Shown: one piece after another, positions 29,591 to 40,182 of the stretch
Numbering within the stretch: position 1 is the first letter of the stretch
Layout: every line of letters starts with the position of its first letter
Origin: Candidatus Bathyarchaeota archaeon
GTDB lineage: Archaea > Thermoproteota > Bathyarchaeia > TCS64
Direction of reading: 5' to 3'
NCBI GenBank assembly: GCA_963771885.1
Contig: CAVYVF010000002.1
Span: 128,001-192,000, forward strand
Length of the DNA: 64,000 nt
Notes under the pieces: generated by a model
The model's database searches: none
Told to the model about the DNA's origin: nothing
What the model saw: only the letters and a program-made list of their open reading frames with translations
Made by a program: the position numbers and the translations under genes

Positions 29591-30205
29591 CTATGTGGAC
29601 GCTTCTGTGGTTATGAACCTGTCTAGGCGCTGCAGAGCGCCCTGGTGGGTCTGCTGTAGAGTCCTCTGGGCGAGCTGAGAGACGGCGCCGTCGACTTGAA
29701 AGCGGGGGAGCTCACGGTAGATGGGGTGCTTAAGGACTCGCAGCCCGGTTATCTTGTATGGTCTGTCGGGGTGGTCGTCTGCGTGCTCGCAGCTCCACTT
29801 GTGCTTATTGTACTCGATGAGGCCGACACCTCTCGGGACCTCTGATGGGGCGAGGAGGCGCAGGGGTGTGAGGATGTAGTGGTAGTTGCAGCCGCTACAG
29901 GCGAAGCCGGCGCGGAAGTCGCCGCGTGTTACCTTGACCTCGATGCCGCGGAGGACGCACTCCCCTGCTTCTGATCCGGCGAGGGATGCTGGGTCGAAGT
30001 CGTCTGAGCCCTCTGACTTCCCGTTCTCAGCCCTGAAGCGCAGCCCCACGCCAACGGCGTCGACGACGGTCTTGTTGTCGAACTCCGTGTAACGGCGGAG
30101 CCCGACCTGGCTGAGGGCAACCTCGGTGTCTGCGAGGAAGCAGCCCTGGTTTAGGAGCCAGAGGACGGCGATGTTCTTCAGGTGTTTGTGCTCGGGGGAC
30201 TCCAT
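29591..30205 (-). CDS. PD-(D/E)XK nuclease-like protein (MmcB-like)
   Basis: H...E...VVDAVG...IEVKVTRGDF. Confidence 0.55.
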   Translation of the reverse strand: MESPEHKHLKNIAVLWLLNQGCFLADTEVALSQVGLRRYTEFDNKTVVDAVGVGLRFRAENGKSEGSDDFDPASLAGSEAGECVLRGIEVKVTRGDFRAGFACSGCNYHYILTPLRLLAPSEVPRGVGLIEYNKHKWSCEHADDHPDRPYKITGLRVLKHPIYRELPRFQVDGAVSQLAQRTLQQTHQGALQRLDRFITTEAST

Positions 30206-30314
30206 GAGGGTCTTCAGCTTCCCCGCTGAGATATTTAAGCGGATTAGGACTCAAGTTGTGTGAGACGCATGAAAGTGGCGGAGGTTTCTTCACTTACTGA
30301 GGCGTTCAACCATT

Positions 30315-32027
30315 ATGGGCTCCTTACGCTTTGTTAAGGATGAGGTGACCGCCGAGCACGGTATGGTCACAGCGTCAACTCCCCCCTCTGCCGAAGCAGG
30401 ACTCGCTATACTCAAGGCTGGTGGAAACGCCTTCGACGCCGGCGTCGCCATGGGCTTCTGCAACACTGTCCTAGAGCCCTACCTCGCTGGGCTCGGCGGA
30501 CTAGGCTTCATGGTAGCTTTCTCTGTCGAAGAGGGCAAAGCTATCTCAATCGACTTCAACACGCGTGCACCGAGAGCGGCGCGCCCAGACATGTTCAAGG
30601 TCATTAGCGAAGCAGCGGCGGGTGGCACAAAGATATTCGAAGTCGAAGGGAACGCGAATAGCGTCGGAGGATTGGCCCTTACGATTCCAGCGACATGCGC
30701 CGGCTTCCTCAAGGCTCACGAGCTATACGGCCGTCTTCCCCTCTCCGACGTGGTCGAGCCAGCACGAAGGCTTGCGGAGGAAGGATTCATTCTCGGCTGG
30801 GACCAAATGATCGTGCTCGCCACGCTCGCGAGGGAGAGCCACCGATGCCCCGCGATAGACGACGTGTGGCTTCCCGGCGGCTTCCCCGCGGCTCCTGGCA
30901 CCCGGATAATTCAGAGCGATCTCGCCCGCCTTCTGGGAAAGATCGCCGCCGAGGGGCGGGACGCCCTATACTCGGGGGAGGTGGCTGAGAAGGTCGAGGA
31001 AGCCGTTCAAGCAGCGGGCGGCATAATGACTGCCGAGGACCTGGAAGGCTATGAGCCAGTCGTCGGGCAGCCGATTCGCATCGGGTACCGGGAATTGGAG
31101 TTCGCCACGACATCCACCCCAAGCGGTGGCGTCACCATACTTGAAGCGCTGAAGATACTGGAGGGCTACGACCTAACGGCGATGGGACACAACTCTAGTG
31201 AGTACCTCCACATGCTTGTCGAGGCGAGCCGGCATGCCTTCGCGGATAGATACAGCATGCTCGGCGACTGGGAGCACACCGACGTCCCGCTGCAGGGAAT
31301 GCTGAGCGACGCATACTCCGGGGAGATACGTAGCCTCATCGATGACAAGGCGAAGTTTAGCACATCGGGATCGGAGCCCTGGGTAGGCTACCTCGCCAAC
31401 CCGATCCACGACCCTTGGGTGCACGAGGGAAGGCGCAGACCGAAAGGCGCAGGCGTCGCCTCCTCAAGCCCCCGATTAGGGGAGACGAGCCACTTCAACG
31501 CAGTCGACTCCGAGGGCAACGCAGTCGCCTGCACTCACACACCCGGCTTTCAGGCAGGCGTAGTTCCCGAGGGCACCGGCCTCTACCTCACCGCCGCCAT
31601 GGGCTGGTTTATACCCGCCCTTGGTTACCCAAACAGCGTCGCGCCGTGGAAGCGCCCCGTAATGAACATGGGGCCACTGCTCGTCCTCAGGGATGGGGTA
31701 CCCCTGCTCGTCGAGGGTGCACCGGGGAGTAGGAGGATAATCGAGAGGAACCTGCAGGTCGCCCTAAACATGGTCGAGTTCGGTATGGGGCCGCAGGAGG
31801 CGATCGCCTCCCCCACGGTCGACGCGAGCGGACTAGACACGCTCGTCGATGGCAGGATAAGCCACGGCGCCATAACCGACCTCATAAAGAGGGGGCACAG
31901 GGTCAAGGTGGTCGAAGAAGGCCCCGGGCTTAGCCACTTCGCACGCCCATCCGCCATACTAATCGAAGAGGAGCATCTCCGCGGTGGCGTCGACCTATAC
32001 CGCCGCTCGTCGGCACTCGGCTACTAG
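30315..32027 (+). CDS. ggt: Gamma-glutamyltransferase family Ntn hydrolase
   Basis: GGNAFDA, DFNTRAP, AFADR; ETSHFNAVD (Thr nucleophile). Confidence 0.87.
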   Translation: MGSLRFVKDEVTAEHGMVTASTPPSAEAGLAILKAGGNAFDAGVAMGFCNTVLEPYLAGLGGLGFMVAFSVEEGKAISIDFNTRAPRAARPDMFKVISEAAAGGTKIFEVEGNANSVGGLALTIPATCAGFLKAHELYGRLPLSDVVEPARRLAEEGFILGWDQMIVLATLARESHRCPAIDDVWLPGGFPAAPGTRIIQSDLARLLGKIAAEGRDALYSGEVAEKVEEAVQAAGGIMTAEDLEGYEPVVGQPIRIGYRELEFATTSTPSGGVTILEALKILEGYDLTAMGHNSSEYLHMLVEASRHAFADRYSMLGDWEHTDVPLQGMLSDAYSGEIRSLIDDKAKFSTSGSEPWVGYLANPIHDPWVHEGRRRPKGAGVASSSPRLGETSHFNAVDSEGNAVACTHTPGFQAGVVPEGTGLYLTAAMGWFIPALGYPNSVAPWKRPVMNMGPLLVLRDGVPLLVEGAPGSRRIIERNLQVALNMVEFGMGPQEAIASPTVDASGLDTLVDGRISHGAITDLIKRGHRVKVVEEGPGLSHFARPSAILIEEEHLRGGVDLYRRSSALGY

Positions 32028-32066
32028 CCGAAAGGGTCTATATCCACGGAATCCGTGGAACTACCA

Positions 32067-32681
32067 ATGGTCAAGAGGGCTGTCGTCGAGATAGACGAGG
32101 AGAAGTGCAACGGCTGCGGCGAGTGCGTCCCCAAGTGCGCGGAAGGTGCGTTGAAGATTATTGGCGGCAAGGCGAAGCTAGTCAGCGACGTATACTGCGA
32201 CGGATTAGGCGCCTGCTTGGGCACATGCCCTCAAGATGCGATAAAGGTTACTCAACGCGAGGCACAGCCCTTCGACGAGGAGGCCGCCAAGAAACATGCG
32301 AGCGCCGAGAAGCGCCCCTCGCGCTTACGGAACTGGCCCGTCCAGCTCAACCTAGTCAACCCCAAAGCCCCATTCTTCAAGGGAGCAGACCTGCTTATCA
32401 TGTCGGACTGCGTCCCCGTCGCCAGCCCCGATTGGCAGGGCACGCTCCTCAAAGGCCAGGTCGTCCTTATCGGTTGCCCCAAGTTCGATAACGTCCCCGC
32501 TTACGTCGAGAAACTCACCACCATATTCAGGGACAGCGACTTGCGGAGCGTCACCGTCGTCAACATGGAGGTCCCTTGCTGCAACGGGCTTGCCGGGCTC
32601 GTTATGAAGGCGATGAAGGATGCCGGGAAGAAGGTACCCTTCGAGCAGCTCGTACTCAGCGTTGAGGGGGAGCCACTCTAG
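32067..32681 (+). CDS. 2x[4Fe-4S] iron-sulfur protein
   Basis: CNGCGECVPKC, CDGLGACLGTCP, NWPVQL, GCPKFD, MEVPCC. Confidence 0.85.
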   Translation: MVKRAVVEIDEEKCNGCGECVPKCAEGALKIIGGKAKLVSDVYCDGLGACLGTCPQDAIKVTQREAQPFDEEAAKKHASAEKRPSRLRNWPVQLNLVNPKAPFFKGADLLIMSDCVPVASPDWQGTLLKGQVVLIGCPKFDNVPAYVEKLTTIFRDSDLRSVTVVNMEVPCCNGLAGLVMKAMKDAGKKVPFEQLVLSVEGEPL

Positions 32682-33009
32682 TCAGTCTTTTATCCCTAGG
32701 CTCCTTTCAAGCGCCGTGTACACGTTTCAATACAGCCCTAGCTGGTACCTACTCCTAGCCGCGTTCTTCATCGGCTGGCTCTCGGTGACCCTCTACAGGA
32801 AGAAACTGTTCGATCGAATTGAGGCGAGGCAGCAGCTCCTCCTCGGAGCCCTCGGAATGGTAGCTCTGGCTAGCATGGAGTTCTTCGCCATATCTAATAA
32901 CCTCTGGAACTACGTCCCCGCCAACTGGCCAGTGATACTCTGGCCCACTTACTTCATCGCCATTCTATTTGGTTACCAGCTACTCAGGTTCGTGGAGAAG
33001 ATAGTTTAA
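32620..33009 (+). CDS. Small membrane protein (about 3 TM; start uncertain)
   Basis: Hydrophobic segments; EFFAISNNLWNY. Confidence 0.55.
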   Translation: MPGRRYPSSSSYSALRGSHSSQSFIPRLLSSAVYTFQYSPSWYLLLAAFFIGWLSVTLYRKKLFDRIEARQQLLLGALGMVALASMEFFAISNNLWNYVPANWPVILWPTYFIAILFGYQLLRFVEKIV

Positions 33010-33041
33010 CGCGCGCGCTCCGGTTACTAATAATTCTTCCT

Positions 33042-33566
33042 TTAACGTGCGTTGAGGGCCCGTTCGAGGGATACTAAATTAAACAATCCGTAATTGGCGT
33101 AAAAGACTCTCCCCTCTTCATCAATAAGGAATTGAGCGGGGCTCTGTGTTTCCTTTCCTTCATATAATCCATGTTCCTTGCCGAGGCTTCTAGCCCGTTT
33201 AGCTTTCTGGAATATCCCAATAAAGCTATTTACTCCTAAATTGCCGACTCCGTAAAGATCGTATAACTCGTATTTTCCATTGGTCTTTTGGGAGGTAATT
33301 ATTGGGAAATCAACGTTTTTTCCCTCGATGAACTTTTTAGCGGATTCTGGGAACGACTGGTTCACATAGATAACTTTCAAGTCACTGTGTTTCTTCATGA
33401 ACTCTCTGAGCTCATCGAACTCCAGCTGGCATACAGGGCAGCCAAAGTATCTGCTGAAGTTGAGTAATGTCTTGTTTCCCTTGAACTCGTTTAGGTTTAG
33501 TATCCCTTTATTGATTGATTCGGCGGCGAAATCTGGAGCTTTGTCACCTGGTTTAATGCGAGGCAT
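33042..33566 (-). CDS. Redoxin/AhpC-TSA family protein
   Basis: GDKAPDF; RYFGCPVCQ; PAQFLID. Confidence 0.82.
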   Translation of the reverse strand: MPRIKPGDKAPDFAAESINKGILNLNEFKGNKTLLNFSRYFGCPVCQLEFDELREFMKKHSDLKVIYVNQSFPESAKKFIEGKNVDFPIITSQKTNGKYELYDLYGVGNLGVNSFIGIFQKAKRARSLGKEHGLYEGKETQSPAQFLIDEEGRVFYANYGLFNLVSLERALNAR

Positions 33567-33718
33567 AATACGCGTATAGCTGCAGTGGGATAATTGGTTT
33601 ATGAGTAAATATTACTTAGTCATGACATTACAGTAAGCTGAGCGTGTGTGCGCGAGACTAAGCGTCCGCTGGGGGTGGCACACTCCAGCCCTTTATGTGC
33701 CGCCTGGTTCAAATCATA

Positions 33719-34015
33719 CTATTTTAGGGGGAATCTGGTAACAGCTTTCTGCATGGCTCCTCCCTGGCCATCTATGACCGCTTCAAGCCACCAGTCCTCC
33801 GTGGGCCACCAGAACGCGACTAGGTTCGCTAGTTGTTGCTCGTTGTCGGCCTCAATGAGCCTGAAACCCTTACCTCTGCCCGTGTATAGCGTATTTGTAA
33901 GCATCCTTGGGAATTGACTGGGGTCCTCCTGCAGCGCCTTGGCAAATTTGTCAGCGATTTCCTGTTCCCTATCAAAATTCTCCATGCTCCACTCCCAGTG
34001 CCAAACATACTTCAT
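33719..34015 (-). CDS. DUF3303-like small protein
   Basis: MKYVWHW...GKGFRLIEADN. Confidence 0.55.
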   Translation of the reverse strand: MKYVWHWEWSMENFDREQEIADKFAKALQEDPSQFPRMLTNTLYTGRGKGFRLIEADNEQQLANLVAFWWPTEDWWLEAVIDGQGGAMQKAVTRFPLK

Positions 34016-34226
34016 TTTTTTTCACCTGTTTTACCCTGGACGGTACAACAAGAACGGTATGCTGTACCTGTTTGAATCTTGAAACCCTTGATATTTAGAA
34101 CTTTTCACATGGTAAATTTTCGCGTGCGCACGCGAGTAAGAGAGAGTGTAGGTAGGAGAGAGTAGTTGGGTTTGGGGCTAAAGTCTTTTCACTCATATCC
34201 TTTAGTTAGTGTACAGAGGACAAGCG

Positions 34227-36200
34227 ATGAACCATTTTCCCAGACTCTTCAGCACGATGAAGCTAGGACCTTACACGCTCAGGAACCGCATCGAGGCGGC
34301 GCCCATGGGGGCGCACGGCTCTCCGGATGGGTTCCTGACACCCGAGAACGCGGCTTACTACGAGCTACGCGCCAAGGGTGGACCCGCAATAGTCACCCTC
34401 GGGGAGAGCATGATCGACTCGAAGGGGACATCGCACGGGAGGGTAACGCCACTGGACGACCCGGGCATACTGCCCTCACTCATCAACACAACTGACGCCA
34501 TCAAGAGGCACGGCGCCCTCGCCTCAATCGAGCTGCTGCACGCGGGCATCAGGTCGGGTACTCCGCGGCCTGACGACCCCGTCTACGGCCCCAGCGCTGG
34601 GACATCATTCTACGGCAAGAAGATCATCGAGATGGGGGACGCTGAGATCGATAAGGTGGTGAACTCCTTCGGTGACGCTGCGGCGATGGCGAAGCTGGGT
34701 GGCGTCCAGATGTGCATGATCCACGGCGGCCACGGCTGGATGCTATCCCAGTGGTTCTCCACGCTCCACAACCATAGGACGGACATGTTCGGCGGGAGCA
34801 TCGAGAACAGGGCCCGAATCGCCCTTATGATAATCGACAACATGAGGAAGAAGTGTGGGCCGAACTTCCCCATAGAGATCCGGCTCAGCGGCGACGAGTT
34901 CACGCCCGGCGGTATGCCTCTCAGCGAGGTAGTAGAGCTCGCTAAAGTGTTGGACGGCAAGGTCGACATGATACATGTCTCCGCCACTACATTCAACGAC
35001 AGATCCGCAGGTCTCAGGATGTTCCCCAGCGTCTTCCTCCCCCACGGCGCCAACGTCTACCTCGCTGAGGCAGTCAAGAAGGCAGTGAAGACCCCCGTCG
35101 CCACAGTCGGCTCACTAGATGACCCTGCACAGATGGAGGAGATACTCGAGAGCGGTAAGGCTGACATGGTGACACTCGGCAGGGCGCTACTCGCCGACCC
35201 CTACCTGCCCGAGAAGGCTAGGAAGGGAAACGCGGACGACATCACGCCCTGCCTCCGATGCAACTACTGCATCAGCCAGAACTTCACTCCATACGTCAAG
35301 TACCCAAGAGGCATCGTGCAGTGCGTCGTTAACCCTATAATAGGCAGGGAGATGGAGGCTAAATTCGCCCCACCTTATAGCAGCCCGAAGAGGGTCATAG
35401 TAGCTGGCGGAGGACCCGCGGGGATGCAGGCAGCAATAACGGCGTCTGACCGTGGTCACGAGGTCGTCCTCTGCGAAAAGGGCAAGCGCCTCGGCGGCAC
35501 CCTACTCTACGCCGAACATGAGTACTTCAAAGAGGACATTAGGAAGCTAACCGAGGTCCTGATACGCCGCGTCAAGAAGAGGCCGATAACCGTGATGCTG
35601 AACACGGAGGTCACCCCCGAGTTCGTCGAGAAGATACACCCCGACGTCCTCATTGCCGCGGTTGGCGCCGAGCCCATAATTCCCAAGATACCCGGCGTGA
35701 ACGGCAAGAACGTCGTCGTCGCAGCGAGCATGTACGACGAGGCCACCATCGGCAAGAAGGTCGTCATAATAGGCGGAGGGCTCGTCGGCTGCGAGGAGGG
35801 GCTGCACCTCGCCCACGCGGGCAGGGACGTGACAATATTGGAGATGCTCGAGAAGGCGGCGCCTGAAGCGCCTTATCTTCACTGGCTCGCCGTTATGAAG
35901 GAGATCGAGAAGATCGGTGTCAGACTGCAGACACGCCACAAGGTTACCCGGGTGACCGAGGAGGGTGTCTACGCGGTGGACGAAAGCGGGAAAGAGAAGC
36001 TCTATGAGGCAGACACGGTGCTATTGGCCGTTGGGCTCAGGCCGAGGACCGACTTGGTTGAGTCGCTCCGCAACTCCGCGCCCGACTTCATGGTAATTGG
36101 AGACTGCCAGAAACCGGCGACCGTCATGGAGGCGATCCACGGGGGCTTCTTCTCTGCCCTCGGATATAATGGAATCTCGCGTGTGGGCGTAACGATATAG
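34227..36200 (+). CDS. NADH:flavin oxidoreductase (OYE/2,4-dienoyl-CoA reductase-like)
   Basis: LRNRI, HGGHGWM, RTDMFGGS, CLRCNYC, GGGPAG, GGGLVG. Confidence 0.9.
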   Translation: MNHFPRLFSTMKLGPYTLRNRIEAAPMGAHGSPDGFLTPENAAYYELRAKGGPAIVTLGESMIDSKGTSHGRVTPLDDPGILPSLINTTDAIKRHGALASIELLHAGIRSGTPRPDDPVYGPSAGTSFYGKKIIEMGDAEIDKVVNSFGDAAAMAKLGGVQMCMIHGGHGWMLSQWFSTLHNHRTDMFGGSIENRARIALMIIDNMRKKCGPNFPIEIRLSGDEFTPGGMPLSEVVELAKVLDGKVDMIHVSATTFNDRSAGLRMFPSVFLPHGANVYLAEAVKKAVKTPVATVGSLDDPAQMEEILESGKADMVTLGRALLADPYLPEKARKGNADDITPCLRCNYCISQNFTPYVKYPRGIVQCVVNPIIGREMEAKFAPPYSSPKRVIVAGGGPAGMQAAITASDRGHEVVLCEKGKRLGGTLLYAEHEYFKEDIRKLTEVLIRRVKKRPITVMLNTEVTPEFVEKIHPDVLIAAVGAEPIIPKIPGVNGKNVVVAASMYDEATIGKKVVIIGGGLVGCEEGLHLAHAGRDVTILEMLEKAAPEAPYLHWLAVMKEIEKIGVRLQTRHKVTRVTEEGVYAVDESGKEKLYEADTVLLAVGLRPRTDLVESLRNSAPDFMVIGDCQKPATVMEAIHGGFFSALGYNGISRVGVTI

Positions 36201-36226
36201 TCTTTGACTATCTGCGGACACATTGA

Positions 36227-37453
36227 TCATGGGTTGGACTGGTTTTCGGGGATATGACCCTCGAGTGCCCGAGCCGCCGTATTCATCTTCTCAGCCGATT
36301 CCTGGATGCATTCCTTTACTACCTCCCAGCTCTGGTCGTGTATGGGGGTCTTAAGGTGCGCTTGGGTCACGTTAGCCGCTGCCTTAAGGGTCTTCACGAG
36401 GAGGTTGAATGCGTCCAAGGGTTCCATATTGATGCCCTGCGGGTTCTCTAAGAGGTGAATGACTCTTCTGACGTCGCTGTTTTCGTTGTAAACCCTAATC
36501 GCCTCCGCCAACTGGTATTGATAAGCGTTGAGCTCGAGTTTTATCTCGCTTGCCTGTTTGCTGAGTTTAGCCTTCTCCCCCTCGAGGTTGATGATTGGGC
36601 CCTGTTTGTTGATGGCGCTGAGTACCTTCGCGGCGTTTCCAAAGGTCCGTGTAGCCTGCAGCGTTGCTGCGAGGCTCTGCTCATCGTGACCGAGCGCGAT
36701 GAGTTTGTTGGTGATGGTGTATTCTTTTTTCAGGTTCTCGTTGTCTGTTTCTATCTTCAACTTTTCTATCTGCTGCTGCATAATTTGCGCATTCTGGAAG
36801 TCGTTTAATACCTTGAGGTCAGCGACATTGGTTTTTAGCTGACTTAATTCTTTGTCTAATACTTGCTTTTCGATGACAGCGTCTACCGCTTCGAGGGTAT
36901 CTGAGGCTCCACCAAATTTGGTGAAGGCGGTTTTAAGCCTTAGTCTCGCTAATCGGTCAAACCCCTCCTCCTCGAGTTCCTTGTCTCGGTGAATCCACCA
37001 TCTGACATCATCTATCATGAGGGGATCCGTCCCGTCTCCTTTGAGCTGCCCAACGAGGTCGATGATTTTCCCGACTGCTCCGGGTTTAAGATCATATGGT
37101 CTTAGCGCGGCGACGAGCTCCGCAACCTCAAGTAGGGTGGACTTCTTGGCCTTGACGGCTGTGTCGAGCCTTAGGACCGCCTCCACGTCGTCTAGAGATA
37201 AACCCGAGTTGACGAAGTCCCGGAATACGCTCATAACGTTAACCCTCTCAGCGTTCAATGTTCCGTCTATGCCTCCCCATTCAAGCGTGTATGTCCGTAT
37301 GTTGCCTTCATCCCAGCGGTCACCCGAGAATCTGCTGATGTCCCCGCTTGAGTACCCCGCCCTCCGAAGAGTCACCATTAACTCCTTGACTCTCTGTGGG
37401 GCACCCCTGATATCTAGTTTAACTCCCAAGTAGGCGTAACGATATAGTTTCAC
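36227..37453 (-). CDS. Hypothetical coiled-coil protein
   Basis: 408-aa ORF with heptad-rich middle; start uncertain. Confidence 0.55.
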   Translation of the reverse strand: MKLYRYAYLGVKLDIRGAPQRVKELMVTLRRAGYSSGDISRFSGDRWDEGNIRTYTLEWGGIDGTLNAERVNVMSVFRDFVNSGLSLDDVEAVLRLDTAVKAKKSTLLEVAELVAALRPYDLKPGAVGKIIDLVGQLKGDGTDPLMIDDVRWWIHRDKELEEEGFDRLARLRLKTAFTKFGGASDTLEAVDAVIEKQVLDKELSQLKTNVADLKVLNDFQNAQIMQQQIEKLKIETDNENLKKEYTITNKLIALGHDEQSLAATLQATRTFGNAAKVLSAINKQGPIINLEGEKAKLSKQASEIKLELNAYQYQLAEAIRVYNENSDVRRVIHLLENPQGINMEPLDAFNLLVKTLKAAANVTQAHLKTPIHDQSWEVVKECIQESAEKMNTAARALEGHIPENQSNP

Positions 37454-37575
37454 ATCTCGGAGATCAACGGTTCAAGTAGATGTGTGGGACTAAGTTTTTT
37501 CAAACATAAGCCCCATCAGATCCAGTCAGATGCGGAGGTACGGAACACGAAGATAACAGACATTAAGACTTACCC

Positions 37576-38637
37576 ATGTGGATACCCCTAAAGGAGACTG
37601 AGCCCCTCTCCGCCTATCCGAAGAGGCGGAGCGTGCACATACTCGTCGAGGTTACAACCGACGAGGGGATAAGCGGCTACGGTGAGGCGATCCCCTACAC
37701 CTATGGCGCCGTTGGTGGCCACATCGAGCAGCAACTCAAGCCCCTCCTCGTCGGGGAGGACCCGATGCAGGTGGAGAGGCTCTGGAACAAGATGTACCAC
37801 ATCAGCTTCGGTCACGGTGTCATGGGCATGAGCATACACGCCCTCAGCGCCGTCGAGATAGCCCTCTGGGACATCATAGGCAAGAAGCGTAGGCTCCCCG
37901 TCTACGAGATGATAGGCGGCCTCGCCAAGCCCAGGGTCAAGGCATACGCCAGCCTCATGGAGTACAAGAAGCCCGAGGAGGTCGCCAAGATCAGCCAGCG
38001 CTGGGTCGAGGAGGGCTACACTGGCATCAAGCTTCACCAGGGCAAAGACGATGGCGTTAGCTGTACGAAAGCTGTCCGAGACGCAGTGGGCGACGACGTC
38101 GATATCATGCTCGACGTCAACGGGGCATGGACCCCTGGGCAGGCTCTCAAGGCGGTGCGTCAGCTCGAGCGCTACAACCTCACGTGGCTCGAGGAGCCCA
38201 TCTGGCCGGTACACGACTACGCTAGCCTAGCCTGGCTCCGCACGAAGACGGACATACCCATCGCCGGCGGCGAGAACGAGTACACTGTCCACGGCTTCAA
38301 GAAGATAGTCGAAGCACAACCATACGACCTCCTACAACCAGACGTCATCATGACCGGCGGCATCTCCTCGATGAGGAAGATATTCGCCCTCGCCGAGGCA
38401 TGGAACCTCGACGTCGCCACGCACAGCTTCTTCTTCGGCCCAGGCATACCCGCAAGCGTCCACCTCAGCCTTAGCAACGTCCGAAACGAGTGGGTGGAGA
38501 TCAATGCGGTGCCCCTCGAGGCCTACTTCATCCAACCCGCCTATCGACCCGAGAGGGGCTGGCTTACAGCCCCAGACAAGCCGGGGCTCGGCTTCGAGGT
38601 CGACTGGGACGTCGTCAAGAAGTACGCCATCAAGTAG
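37576..38637 (+). CDS. Mandelate racemase/muconate lactonizing (enolase superfamily) protein
   Basis: EIALWDIIGK, KLH, DVN, EEP, GGENE, PDKPGLG. Confidence 0.88.
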   Translation: MWIPLKETEPLSAYPKRRSVHILVEVTTDEGISGYGEAIPYTYGAVGGHIEQQLKPLLVGEDPMQVERLWNKMYHISFGHGVMGMSIHALSAVEIALWDIIGKKRRLPVYEMIGGLAKPRVKAYASLMEYKKPEEVAKISQRWVEEGYTGIKLHQGKDDGVSCTKAVRDAVGDDVDIMLDVNGAWTPGQALKAVRQLERYNLTWLEEPIWPVHDYASLAWLRTKTDIPIAGGENEYTVHGFKKIVEAQPYDLLQPDVIMTGGISSMRKIFALAEAWNLDVATHSFFFGPGIPASVHLSLSNVRNEWVEINAVPLEAYFIQPAYRPERGWLTAPDKPGLGFEVDWDVVKKYAIK

Positions 38638-38670
38638 CCTAGAACGACGTTTATACCAGGGGTATCCTTC

Positions 38671-38952
38671 TTGACGGCGATGTCAGACGAGGAGATAAGG
38701 CGGCAGCTAGGCGTATGCGAAGCGGCTAGGGGGACAAAGGAGTTCGCCCCCGCCGTCGAGGCACTCCTCGCTATGTTGCCCCCGGATATCCGCTCCGAAG
38801 TTGAGAATGTGGAGGGCGTCTACAAGGAGACTGAGCAATACACAAACCGTTTCGTAAACATGGTGCTAGTCTCCGTCGAGTTCGCTACAGTCAGGACATT
38901 AGACCCCGAAGCGGCCCTAGCTGCGATTAAGAATCGAGTGGACAAGTCCTAG
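38671..38952 (+). CDS. Hypothetical protein
   Basis: 93-aa ORF with genome-like codon usage. Confidence 0.5.
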   Translation: MTAMSDEEIRRQLGVCEAARGTKEFAPAVEALLAMLPPDIRSEVENVEGVYKETEQYTNRFVNMVLVSVEFATVRTLDPEAALAAIKNRVDKS

Positions 38953-39211
38953 ACTCTATACAAGTGCAGCTTCCGACCAAGGAGGCGTCTCAGTCAAGCA
39001 GCATTACCTTCCACCTGGACAGCACACGCCTACCATCCCCTGAACAATTAAGGATTAGGATCAGCACCGTACTCGTCTCGAAGTGCAGCATCCTGGGCAC
39101 GAACGTGACCGCACCCCGTTCACGCTGCCCACACTCGGTAAAGGTGGGATTAGCATAATGGGGCGAGAACTAGATGATATGCGTCTGAATAAGTAGGGTG
39201 ATCTTCGGGAT

Positions 39212-39499
39212 CTAGTTTGCGATGATAGACTCCGTCTTTAAGATGTCCCTCGTCTTCTCGAAATAGCCTAGCACCGACTCCCCCTTCTCGGTTATCCCAT
39301 AAAGGTTCTTCGAGCGGCCATCCTTTCCCTCGTCTAAGGCCACGATAAGGGCCTCCTTCTCCAAGGAGCCGAGTATCTGCATGAGGGGCTTCCAGGAAAG
39401 GTTTGTAGCATACATTATTCGTGTCGGCCGTGGCTCGCCATCCCGTATGGTTGTTAGGACTGCGAGATAGATCTCAATCTTGGCGCGCCGAGTCGTCAT
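39212..39499 (-). CDS. Winged-helix regulator (archaeal ArnR1-like/HTH_45)
   Basis: RRAKIEIY...PTRIMYATNLSW...YGITEKG. Confidence 0.85.
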   Translation of the reverse strand: MTTRRAKIEIYLAVLTTIRDGEPRPTRIMYATNLSWKPLMQILGSLEKEALIVALDEGKDGRSKNLYGITEKGESVLGYFEKTRDILKTESIIAN

Positions 39500-39789
39500 G
39501 TTTCTTGCCCATGTCTTCTGTAAATAAATCAAATGCGGAGCACTAATACTGATTAGTTAACCTCGTTTAGACGAGGATAAAATAAAAATAAAAATAAGAA
39601 TCGTCTCTTTGAAGGATAATATTGCCGGTAAATATCAATTTTACTGCTTTCTGTGAAGACCTGGCATCTCGCCACGCTTCTTAAACTGAGCATGTTCCGT
39701 TTCAGCTCACGTTTGCGAGGATCAAAATGACATCCGCACGCGCAGCTAATTGATAATGCAAAATGGTCTTCTCATAATGAAACACTATA

Positions 39790-40182
39790 CTATGCGATCG
39801 GTACTTTGATCGAATCCATAGTTGGTTTTTCCGTGAGTTCTCTTAAAGCCTCAAATAACGCAGATATATCGAGCGGTTTCTCCAGTACATAGTCAAAGAC
39901 TTTTACAGAAGTTGGGTGCATTATTATCTTATAACCTGTAACTAGAATCAGGTGAATATCAGGGTTAATACCTTTAATCAACTTAGCCAGTTCATCACCC
40001 TGATAATATGGCATAACATAGTCTAAAATCGCCACAGTATGTTTCTGAGCTTTTACCCTATCCAAAGCCTCGAGTCCATGTCTTGCCACATCAATTGAGT
40101 AGCCCTTATTCCACAATATTTGACTCAATACATTGACTGAGTCCCAATCATCATCAACTAAGAGGACGGAACCTTTCGACAT
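39790..40182 (-). CDS. Single-domain response regulator (REC)
   Basis: LLVDDD, ILDYVMP, LVTG, EKP. Confidence 0.85.
   Translation of the reverse strand: MSKGSVLLVDDDWDSVNVLSQILWNKGYSIDVARHGLEALDRVKAQKHTVAILDYVMPYYQGDELAKLIKGINPDIHLILVTGYKIIMHPTSVKVFDYVLEKPLDISALFEALRELTEKPTMDSIKVPIA

Noticed and set aside
38964..39158. 64-aa ORF between the hypothetical gene and the wHTH gene
   Set aside because: No recognisable motif in either direction; insufficient support.
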